28,443 nucleotides of DNA, taken from NCBI RefSeq assembly GCF_006345805.1, contig NW_021833526.1, positions 1 through 28,443 on the forward strand. The letters run 5' to 3'. The translations under genes and the position numbers were made by a program. This stretch comes from Octopus sinensis. Taxonomy: Eukaryota. The notes beneath the pieces are model-generated. The model searched no databases. It was not told where the DNA came from and saw only the letters and a list, made by a program, of their open reading frames with translations. This document shows, piece after piece, positions 1-9,824 of this stretch. Numbering within the stretch: position 1 is the stretch's first letter; the number at the start of each line of letters is the position of its first letter.

Positions 1-44
1 AAGGAGAGGAGGAGGAGGAGGAGGAGGAGGAGGAAAAGAAGAAG

Positions 45-344
45 AATTTCTACTAAAGGCCTAAGGCCTGAAATTACATTGATTCCAGAGCATAATGATG
101 GACGAAATACCTATTTCTTTACTACCCACAAGGGGCTAAACACAGAGAGGACAAACAAGGACAGACAAACGGATTATGTCGATTATATTGACCCCAGTGC
201 GTAACTGGTACTTATTTAATCGACTCCGAAAGGATGAAAGGCAAAGTCGACCTCGGCGGAATTTGAACTCAGAACGTAGCGGCAGACGAAATATCGGTAA
301 GCATTTCGCCCGGCGCGCTAACGTTTCTGCCAGCTCGCTGCCTT
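45..344 (-). mobile_element. tRNA-derived SINE (MetaSINE-type central domain), composite with internal deletion
   Basis: The reverse complement reads AAGGCAGCGAGCTGGCAGAAACGTTAGC...GAGTTCAAATTCC (B box)...GTCGACTTTGCCTTTCATCCTTTCGGAGTCGATTAAATAAGTACCAG, then the GCCCCTTGTGGGTAGTAAAGAAATAGG tail. It aligns by eye with the copy at 16945-17176. Confidence 0.85.
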
Positions 345-1219
345 ATGTGATGATGATGATAATAATGAGGATGATGATGATAAAGACGAAGAGGATAAGG
401 AGGAGGATAGGTGGGATGGAGATGGGAACGTTGATGAAGATAACTTCTTAAATCGACTCGACACACAGTTAGATAACAGCGGATTGATGCTTGGGACATG
501 AATTTGTTGTATTTATTCATTTCAAAAAGACAACGTTTAATGCAATTACTAAAGCCGGGTCCTCTCTCCTCTGTCCCTCTTACCAGACATACGTTAAACA
601 CAATCGGATCACAGGTTCTGTTCTGCGAGGGTGCTCTGCTGCTCCACATATGCGTACTTCAACACAACAACAACAACAACAGCAAAAAGCACTGAGAACA
701 TTCTTTGTTGATGTGATACATGATATAATATAGTTGACAGGGGACAGAAGGTAAGATATAGGAACTAGGAGGGGTTCAACAGTGTGAGAATTAAAGGGAT
801 ATATACATGTGTGCGTGTGTGTGAGTGTGTGTGCGCGCGTGTGAGTGTGTGTGCGCGCGTGCATGTGTGTGTGTAGCATGTATATGTGTGTATATATTAT
901 ATATATGGGTCCCACGCTTTGAGTGTTGTGAATGTGAGCGAGTATGCCTCTCCAGAGCTAGCCCCACAAGTCACCTACGCAAGCACGCTAAAAGGTCTGA
1001 GGTTGAATAGAACCAATTTCAAGCAGCTAATCCATTATGTAATTTAAGTGGTAGAGAATTTTCTGGTCGGTCGGAACTTGCAAGGCACACAAAAGTACGC
1101 GATCGGGGTTCTGTACCGAACTAGCACTTGACTGTAACGCATAAAAATGAATGTCACATTTGCCGCAATAAATGCAAACCAGGTTATAACCCGTTAAAAA
1201 CTATGCCAAACACAACTCG

Positions 1220-1398
1220 CTGGTGCTGATACCACGTAAAAAGCACCCAGTTCACACTGTAAAGTGGTTGGCATTAGGAAGGGCATTCAGCCGCGAAAAC
1301 CATGCCAACCAGACAGTGGTTGATGGTGCAGTCCTCTTGTTTGCCAGCTCTTGCCAAATCGTCCGATCCGTGCCAGCATGGATGACGGACGTTAAATC

Positions 1399-1400
<2 letters not shown>
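1220..1400 (+). mobile_element. SINE 3' portion ending in a (GAT)n tail
   Basis: GGTTGGCATTAGGAAGGGCATTCAGCCG...GCCAGCATGGATGACGGACGTTAAA runs directly into the (GAT)n tract. Recognised from memory as a common octopus SINE 3' region; family not assigned. Confidence 0.6.
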
Positions 1401-1460
<60 letters not shown>

Positions 1461-1462
1461 GG

Positions 1463-1507
<45 letters not shown>

Positions 1508-1518
1508 CGACGACGACA
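1397..1518. repeat. Compound trinucleotide microsatellite (GAT)n-(GGT)n-(GAT)n-(GAC)n
   Basis: Read directly from the sequence; source of the poly-Ser/Pro ORF 1397-1633. Confidence 0.95.
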
Positions 1519-2057
1519 GCGAGGAAGAAGAGAGGAGGAGGAAGAGGATTGTGGGTACTATGGTACTGATTTTAAAAAAGTAGAAAAAGCAACCCCACCT
1601 CCCCAAACAAGATAACCTACTAGTGATGGTCATACGCGTCTAACGGTCGTCATACGAGTGTGTGTATAGCTAGATAAATAGGTAGATAGATAGAGAGAGG
1701 GAGAAAGAGAGAGATACGTTTAATTTTACGATATGTAAAGTTTGTGTGAGACTGTGTACATTTGTGTTTCTGAGTCTGTGAGTTTATGTTGCGTGAATAC
1801 GTGGGTTTGTCTCAAAGGGACATTCGCTTTGATTGGGGAAAGTGTCAGAAGGAATGAGAAGGAGTGGGAGAGAGAAAAGAACAAAAGAGTCTGAAAATAG
1901 AAGGAAGAGAGTGAGAAGGAGAAAGAGAGAGACAGAGACAGAGAGAGAAAAGGTAGGTATGAGTGTACAGAAGATTCTTTGGAAATTAGAAAAAAGAGAG
2001 AGGCTGGAGTGATGTGGTAGCAGACGTGTATATGTATATGCATGCATGACTGTAAGA

Positions 2058-2093
<36 letters not shown>

Positions 2094-2501
2094 GAGAGAG
2101 AGACAGACAGACAGACAGACTAACAATGAGCAAAAATGAAAGAAAAATGATAGACAAACGAGAGAAAGCGAGATGACAGACAGACAGGCATACAGACAGA
2201 GAGAGTGTGCATTAAAGAGACATTCGGTTGAGTTTGGGATGATGTAAGAAAGACAGAATGAAGATAGAGAAAACGAGAACGTGAAGGAAGAAATTGCTTG
2301 ATGATGTATGATACATGGCATTGGCGGTTTGTTGGTTTGTTTCATGGAGAAAACGAGCGGGAAAGTGTGAGAGAGAGAGGAGATGTGAAAAGGCACCATT
2401 ACTAGCGCATAAGACAGGCTTATACATGTACACATGTATGCACATATGCTTACATGCATGCACATATGCACTAATTATACACACATATATATATATAATA
2501 T

Positions 2502-2538
<37 letters not shown>

Positions 2539-2954
2539 GCTTACAGACATAAATGCAAACGTGCATGCATGCCTACGTATACGCATTCAAGCATAGACAT
2601 TCGAGATTGCTCACATGTGCGCGCTCACACACAAATACCAAAAGATGTTAAAACATGTACAACATGAAGGTTTACTAAGTTTATACATCATACACACTCT
2701 ACATACACTGTCAGTCTGTATGCGTACATTGTATATAAATGTATATACATAGTTAGCCACCTTTACACATTATGTCAGATAATTTTTTCTCACACGGCTA
2801 AGTGTGTGATAAAGAATGTGATACGAGGAAATGAAATCTTACTGCTGCTGCTGCCGCCGTTGTTGATGTTGTTGTCGTTGTTTGTCTGGTTCTATATGTT
2901 AAAGACAGTCTCGAATGTGTCGACTGTATGAGGAATTCATATCTTTTACTCTCC

Positions 2955-3001
<47 letters not shown>

Positions 3002-3150
3002 CCCTTACGTATCAGATCCTGTGTGTCTAGCGATGATATCCGTCAACGATTTCGTTTGGAGGATTTCGTTTTCCTTTAGATTGTGTATTCTTGTTGTGTA
3101 TGTGTGTGTGTAAGTGTGTGAGTATGTGTCCAGGCGTTTCAGCTTCACTA

Positions 3151-3168
3151 ACCTACCTACCTACCTAC

Positions 3169-3263
<95 letters not shown>

Positions 3264-3266
3264 CTC

Positions 3267-3324
<58 letters not shown>
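3151..3324. repeat. (CTAC)n(CTAT)n followed by inverted (GATA)n
   Basis: The (ATCT)n run ends at 3262, then a 4-nt spacer ACTC, then (AGAT)n at 3267-3324. Confidence 0.95.
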
Positions 3325-3325
<1 letters not shown>

Positions 3326-3382
3326 CACACAAACAAACAGACAAATAGACAGATTTATCTGTCTACTGTCTCCTTACTCTCT

Positions 3383-3449
<67 letters not shown>

Positions 3450-3453
3450 CAAC

Positions 3454-3690
3454 GAAAGAAAGAAAATGGAGAATTATGGATGTATAATTAAGAGGTTGAA
3501 TGTTTTTTATTAAAAACAATACAAATAAATTATAAAGCTCTAAAAAAGAAATGTCAGATGGCAAAAATTTTCTTTTTAGATTTATAGTTTATAAGATATT
3601 TGTATTGTTTTTATAAAAAAAACTTTCAACCTCGTAATACCATACAAATATATTAATTATACATCCATAATTCTCCATTTTCTTTCTTTC
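3454..3690. repeat. AT-rich fold-back element (perfect 38-bp outer arms, imperfect inner arms)
   Basis: 3454-3491 is the exact reverse complement of 3653-3690. Inner pairs GAGGTTGAA/TTCAACCTC and AAAAACAATACAAATA/TATTTGTATTGTTTTT are also present. Confidence 0.9.
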
Positions 3691-3899
3691 ATTATTAACA
3701 ATAAGTATTACAATAATAGGCCCTAACATATCGTCGAGACTTTCTCCTTATATGATAGTGATTAACCAGTGAAATTTGTGGATTATTTAATCCCTAATGA
3801 GAACCTGATATCCTCGAATTGAATATATATATATATATATATACATATACGTATATATATAATTTCCGATGCTGCGGATATAATACCATTCTTATTTTC

Positions 3900-4068
3900 T
3901 CTATTTTTCCCTATTTGTCTTTGATGTCGGAATATCCCATACTCGGGGAAATCCCAGAAACAGCTGTAAGGATTTGAATTTTTTTTCTAATAATAATATT
4001 GTATACAACTTGAGATGTTTGCCTTGCCTTAATGTTGGTTGTCCTCTTTAACGATTATATATCCGGTG
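3900..4068 (+). mobile_element. Penelope-like pseudo-LTR fragment with a decayed hammerhead motif (3917-3972)
   Basis: GTCT-TTGATGT-long stem II-GAAA-CAGCTG-TA-AGGA. Inverted homologue of 4341-4505; the core has two substitutions relative to CTGATGA. The PLE assignment is inferred from the ribozyme architecture. Confidence 0.6.
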
Positions 4069-4196
4069 CGTCGGAAATCTGCAATGGCTCCATAACTACC
4101 ATCTCGGCTATAACCTTGGAGCCCTAGTAATCCATTACAGCACTTACCTAACATACTTAATTGTTTAGATCATCTGTGAACTAAATCCCCATACTT

Positions 4197-4268
<72 letters not shown>

Positions 4269-4340
4269 ATGAAATGGATAAATGAATTATCTTGTTACGG
4301 ATTATTCAAAATTTAACCGATACCTGTGTAGCAAAAATCA

Positions 4341-4505
4341 CACCATATATATATAATAGTTAAAGAGGACAACAAACATTAAGGCAAGGTAAACATATCA
4401 AGTCATATACCTTATTATTGGAAAAAATTCAAAGCCTTACAGTTGTTTCTGGGATATCCCAGAGTATGGGAAATTCCATCATCAGAGACAAATAGGGAAA
4501 TGAGA
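4341..4505 (-). mobile_element. Penelope-like pseudo-LTR fragment containing an intact hammerhead core
   Basis: Its reverse complement aligns with 3900-4068 (roughly 85% by eye) and contains the ribozyme motif at 4434-4489. Confidence 0.6.
4434..4489 (-). ncRNA. Type I hammerhead ribozyme motif (minimal, PLE-type)
   Basis: Minus strand: GUCU CUGAUGA UGGAAUUUCCCA-UACUC-UGGGAUAUCCCA GAAA CAACUG UA|AGGC. Stem I is GUCU/AGGC (4 bp, one G-U); stem II has 10 of 12 pairs; stem III is A-CAACUG-U; the cleavage triplet is GUA. Confidence 0.75.
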
Positions 4506-4692
4506 AAGGAATAGATTACTGAAATGATGACATAGCGGACAGAAGTAAGGGAATATGATGAAGAGAGAGAAGGAAAAGAAGCGTAAAATTTCATTGTTCA
4601 ACTTTCTGATGTTGTATAAATAAGTGCATAAGTCCTTATGTGCAATCCTGCGTAGATCCATGTGAGTAAAAGTCCTGTAAGTCCCCATACTT

Positions 4693-4724
<32 letters not shown>

Positions 4725-4791
4725 ATATTGTATACATACACACACACACACACATGTATTATATATATATATATATTATATATATATATAT

Positions 4792-4840
<49 letters not shown>

Positions 4841-4999
4841 TGAGGAAGGAAACAGCATCCATGTTACGGGGCTTCCGAGTCAGCTGAGAGGAAGGGAGGT
4901 AGTGATACTCCAATTGGAAACTTATCCCGAATATTTGTAACAGAATGGACTATGCTAAAGGTGCTCAATGTGTCGGCGACAATTTAAGTCTACAACCCA

Positions 5000-5081
5000 T
5001 TGCAGGATTTGAACTCAGAACTCAAACGAGCCGGAACAATTACCACAAGGCGTTCTTACTGTTCCACAATTCCACCGCCTT
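5000..5081 (-). mobile_element. SINE 5' head fragment
   Basis: The reverse complement begins AAGGCGGTGGAATTG... and contains the B box GAGTTCAAATCC. Confidence 0.55.
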
Positions 5082-5333
5082 GCATTGATACCTTTTTTTA
5101 TCGGTCCCGCACGACAGAGTTGACCTCGACGAATGAGTTCAGAGTTTGGGGCCAAACACCGCGAAGCATTGTGTCTAACGTTGTAACGGCTGCCAATTAT
5201 TCACCTATATTTACGCTATATTTAATTATTTAATTACTGGTGTGTTTTAAAAGTGTTTCATTTCAATATTGTAATGCACTATATATAATATATCTATAAA
5301 TTGTTAGCTAACACTCTGTTTCGACGAATGGAA

Positions 5334-5458
<125 letters not shown>

Positions 5459-5623
5459 CGCGTGTGTGAGTGTTAAAACTTATCTGCACTTTCACCATAA
5501 CATATCTTTATTATTGTCACACTGCCTTCTGAGCATGCGTCCTTATAGTTGGTACTATTGTGGTCATGTGATGGAAGTTTGAGCCTGTTCGCGTTATTTT
5601 CTTTCTCGCTTTACAATGTAAGC

Positions 5624-5876
5624 ATGGCCGCTCCATTAGCAATGAGCACCAAAGAAGAACAAAGAGCAGTGAACCGATTTCTAACATCGGAAGGAGTGTC
5701 AGTTGCTGAAATTTCATCGGAAGCTTTTAGCACGATAAGGGGACAGTGTGTATGAGTGGATCGAGAAGTTTAAAAGTGGCCGGACAAGGGTGACGCACGA
5801 AGAGGGCGCAGGACGCCAGTCAACCTCCACCACTAACAAGAAGATTCAGTAAGCTGGAAAGATGGTCATGGTGAAC
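5624..5876 (+). pseudogene. Mariner (Tc1/mariner) transposase N-terminal helix-turn-helix relic
   Basis: MAAPLAMSTKEEQRAVNRFLTSEGVSVAEI, then a frameshift near 5713 to HRKLLAR*GDSVYEWIEKFKSGRTRVTHEEGAGRQSTSTT. This matches the mariner EQRAVIRFL...EIHRRL...YG...VYEW...FK.GR.S..DE.RSGRPSTS pattern; it has stops and a deletion. Confidence 0.85.
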
Positions 5877-6303
5877 GGGTTCACCATGACCATCTCTCGG
5901 ACCACTACTCTTTGTTCTTCTTTGATACACATTGCTAGAGGAGCAGCCATGCCTACACTGTAATGCCAGAAAGTGCAGATCATTTTTGACTTATGTATGT
6001 ATGCATGGGAATACACATATGCGCCATTGTGAATTTCTTATATTTTAGCCTCGTTATTCTGAGTTGTCCTTCATTCTTGTAGAGTTGAGAGCGCTTGTGG
6101 ATTTATAGTTTGTGGGAATCGCATTGGTATTATTTGGTTTTCTTCATTGGTAACCTAATTGGGTTTGGATAATGCTTAGATATAGAGATATTGGTGCCTA
6201 GTTTTTGGAGGTTCTGTGGCATATATATATATATATTTGTTGTGCAAGATTTTTTATGTGAAGTCGTGCTAAATTGGCAAAATGACCATTCCGAAATACA
6301 ACA

Positions 6304-6335
<32 letters not shown>

Positions 6336-6392
6336 GCATGTATACGATTTTTTCATTTCAAGTTTATTTCATTCATCGTTTGCAATGTTCCC

Positions 6393-6435
<43 letters not shown>

Positions 6436-6677
6436 ACAAACACACACTGTCTCTCTAATATAAAGATACACACTCGCTCTATAATATAAACACATACCCT
6501 TCAGGTTTGATTTCATAAATATCACATTAAAATTTTGCAATTCAACATGTGGCGTCCCCACCCCCAAAATATATATATATTATATATATATAATTTCAAC
6601 AATTGAGGGTAAAATTAATTAATTAATCAATTTCACCAAGTGTTCAGAATGCAAAGGGACCATTTAAGGCGAATTCA

Positions 6678-6939
6678 AATTATTACATTATATAAAAGGG
6701 CTTAGTAAAATAAATTACTTTGCCGCATACTGAACTCATTAGAAATAGCAGCTAAAAAAAACTTTTTTAAAACTATTTCTAATACTTAAAGAAAACCTCT
6801 CTCATATAGTGTATATGAGAGAGGTTTTCTTTAAGTATTAGAAATAGTTTTAAAAAGTTTTTTTAGCTGCTATTTCTAATGAGTTCAGTATGCGGCAAAG
6901 TAATTTATTTTACTAAGCCCTTTTATATAATGTAATAAT

Positions 6940-6940
<1 letters not shown>
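6678..6940. repeat. Near-perfect long palindrome (arms 131 and 129 bp, 3-nt loop GTG)
   Basis: 6678-6808 versus 6812-6940: identical in reverse complement except for two 1-nt homopolymer length differences. Confidence 0.95.
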
Positions 6941-6970
<30 letters not shown>

Positions 6971-7148
6971 TATATATATATAGGCATTCTTTCGCTTGAA
7001 CCCGCACACTTCATTAATTTCTATAAAAATGTTTTATTTATTTACTTTTTGTGCGCCGTGTTCAGTTCTATGTATTTGTAGTCAGTCACTCACACACACG
7101 TGTGTTTTTGTATGTACGTCTGTATACATTTATGTATGTGTGTGTGTT

Positions 7149-7193
<45 letters not shown>

Positions 7194-7439
7194 TCAGTCA
7201 GTTAAGAGGCGTGTTGTCATGTATACGTACTTTATTTTATCGAATTTGCCATAAAAGCAGAACATAGCTTGCAGGCTGGACAAGGACATTAATGAAATGA
7301 ATGATAATGATACAAGGATGATAAGGATGGGAGAAGACGAAAAGCGCCCGCCGACTTTTGCTTCTCTAAAACATTGTTCTTATAAACAATTTAATAGGCG
7401 ATAAACCTATTGCACAAATGAGTCCTTAATAAACTTTCT

Positions 7440-7889
7440 TGCCTCCTGCAGGTATTCCAGCAGCCGCAAGTTAGGGCCCATAAACAAGATCTGTACTCTT
7501 CCATTAAGACGGAATCCATTATATGTTAGAGGTTTCTTTCTTCCAGTACCCGAGCAGCCACCTGCGGAGACCACTCTGGAATACAAGTCGAGTCTATCAG
7601 GTCCCGACTATTAAAGGAACTTTCTATATAATTCTCTATAGCCCCTCCCCTGAGATAGAAGATCACATATTCTTCATCATTTCCACTTGGAGGGGCCTTC
7701 TTCTCCCCACCCATCCGGTGGAACACGTTCCACCGAAGGGGTTTCGGAACATGCCGCCGGTGCACCAGCAACCGCCGTCGATGCCCCGCTTTTCTTCTTC
7801 CTTTTTTTCTTTTTGTTTACGACGGGAGGGTGGAGTTGTTCCATCATGTTCGAAAGTCCCTCTTTCCCTCCCGCCGCCTCAAGATCCAT
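7440..7889 (-). pseudogene. Degraded coding-like segment, possibly a retroelement ORF1/gag N-terminus
   Basis: GC-rich island with MDLEAAGGKEGLSNMMEQLHPPVVNKKKKRKKK... and a second overlapping frame (EEYVIFYLRGGAIENYIE...). It has stops and frameshifts, and no family motif is recognised. Confidence 0.25.
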
Positions 7890-7906
7890 TGATTCATTAC
7901 GTTCGT

Positions 7907-8036
7907 TTCGCTGAGGTTAACTTTGCATTTCATCTCTCAGGGGTCGATAAAATAAAGTATCAGTCAAGTACTAGGATCAATGTAATCGACTAACTCCCTC
8001 CCCCAGATTTTAGGCCTTGTGCCTATATCAGAAAAT
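7907..8036 (+). mobile_element. SINE fragment (Meta-type domain plus 3' tail)
   Basis: GCTGAGGTTAACTTTGCATTTCATC...GGGGTCGATAAAATAAAGTATCAG...TTTAGGCCTTGTGCCTATA. Confidence 0.7.
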
Positions 8037-8533
8037 GTGATAGTCAGATACTGTCGCGGATTCAATCGATTATAACATTTCACACGCTTTCATTATTTGC
8101 TGGTGCTAACGAGGCATCTCTGTAAATATAAACGGCAAAATGTCTGTCTGTGTGTGCGTGTGTGTGTATCCCTTATACAAATCCACAATTTTTCAGTTAG
8201 AGGGCTCGCACTTTCTATGGTCATTCAAAACCGTCCAAGGGTGGTCGTGCATATCTTTACATTTCCTCAGTCACCCCGCAAAACCATTAAATAAAGAAGT
8301 GCCTTTTTTGCGAATCTTCTATCCAAAATCCAATCAAAATGCTCGAAATTTGATACGCCAATTGAATGCCAGCTAGCTGTATGTGATTGGTCGGAGATTT
8401 GGACAGTACTCGCGTGTATGTGCGCACGCACGCAGCTGTATAGCACTAACACTAGCACTATGACCCAGCGTCCGTATGTGTATGTGTGTGTGTGTGTGTA
8501 TGTGTGTATACGTTCATACGTGTATATATATAT

Positions 8534-8691
8534 ATATGTTAATAAAATAGAACATATGCATATATATAAACATATATGTACGTACCTACCTCTACATGTA
8601 CATATACACGCATATATGTGTACAGGACACCAAAAAGACGTCGAACACATAGAGAGACGAAACACATAGACACAAACCAAGGAACAAGACA

Positions 8692-8711
<20 letters not shown>
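8534..8711. repeat. Direct duplication, copy 1 (copy 2 at 9418-9594), ending in an A-run
   Basis: About 160 bp identical to 9418-9577 except for one 1-nt indel (CCAAGG versus CCAGG); the A-runs are 29 and 17 nt. Confidence 0.95.
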
Positions 8712-8725
<14 letters not shown>

Positions 8726-9417
8726 AGAGATACAGGACAATAAGCACAACGAAAAATCCCCTTCTTCAGTCGCTAAGATTTCATCTACTAAACGTTTCGA
8801 AGGATAAAAGCGAGACGTATACTTCGAAGAAAAATTCCTTCCCGCGAAAAGCAAATCAATTAAAATTCTGAGATCTTTTCGCAGAGGGGTAAAAAAAAGC
8901 AAGACGGTAACGACAGTACAAACATATAAACAGTAAAAAATATATATATAAACAGTGGAAAAATAAATATATAACAGTGAGAGACAGGACAAGGAGAACA
9001 AGATAAGAAGGGCTGTTAACGCCAGACGAAAAAGTATTGCAAACGCTGGATTATCGTGGAAGACGAGAGAGGGAAAATTTGTCGACCAGAAGCCTTACAA
9101 GGCGGGCGAGAAAGGACAGGATAGCAGTTACGACGGAAGTATCGTCGCAGATGGATGACGGGAATGGGGAGGAGGAGCAAGAGGAAGAGAGAGAAGAAGG
9201 GGAATGGTGCGAGGAGACCATGAAGAATGGTGAAAGGGAGAGAGAGAATGAAGAATGAGAGAGAGAGGAAGAGACAAGTTAAGTGAGGGAAAAAAAGACG
9301 AAAAAGGGAATGGGAGAGAAAGAAGGAAAGATGCAGAGTCGCGTGAGAGTTAATATCAAGGCTAACTTGATAAACAGAACAATCTTACTTAATAGGGTGC
9401 GTGCGTTTAGTCGTATA

Positions 9418-9577
9418 ATATGTTAATAAAATAGAACATATGCATATATATAAACATATATGTACGTACCTACCTCTACATGTACATATACACGCATATA
9501 TGTGTACAGGACACCAAAAAGACGTCGAACACATAGAGAGACGAAACACATAGACACAAACCAGGAACAAGACAAGC

Positions 9578-9594
<17 letters not shown>
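9418..9594. repeat. Direct duplication, copy 2
   Basis: Matches 8534-8711. Confidence 0.95.
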
Positions 9595-9630
<36 letters not shown>

Positions 9631-9734
9631 GGAGTAGGCACATAAATGTGAAACTAGATGGACAAAAGACTACTCAAATACCAGAGGTACAGTTATATGC
9701 TTTATTTAAAAGCAGCAGAAATATAACAAAAAGT

Positions 9735-9771
9735 TGTTACTCGAAGTTTCACGTTCCCGGTCGTTGGACAG
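9735..9771 (-). ncRNA. Decayed hammerhead-like motif, sister copy of 9789-9824
   Basis: CUGU CCAACGA CCG-GGAA-CGU GAAA CUUCGAG UA|ACA. It keeps the stem I 5' strand, but the core G5 position is A, so it is probably inactive. Confidence 0.45.
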
Positions 9772-9788
9772 TTTGGGTTAGGGTTAGG

Positions 9789-9824
9789 GTCCGACGAACG
9801 GGAATGTGAAACTCCGAGTAACAG
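9789..9824 (+). ncRNA. Minimal type I hammerhead-like motif with variant core CCGACGA; stem I truncated
   Basis: GU CCGACGA ACG-GGAA-UGU GAAA CUCCGAG UA|ACAG. Stem II is closed by a GNRA loop, stem III (ACUC-C-GAGU) is near-palindromic, and the triplet is GUA. Only 2 bp of stem I remain. Confidence 0.55.

Noticed and set aside
8752-8805. Minus-strand CCTTC-GAAA-CGTTTAG-TA...CTGAAGA-AGGGG, a possible type II hammerhead
   Set aside because: The core words are present, but no stem I forms and stem II needs bulges or consumes core residues. Not supportable without a family alignment.
8267-9001. Longest ORF in the track (244 aa, minus strand)
   Set aside because: It reads through poly-T, (TA)n and (TG)n tracts (FFFFFF, YIYIY, THTH) and the duplicated segment, and has no domain-like content.
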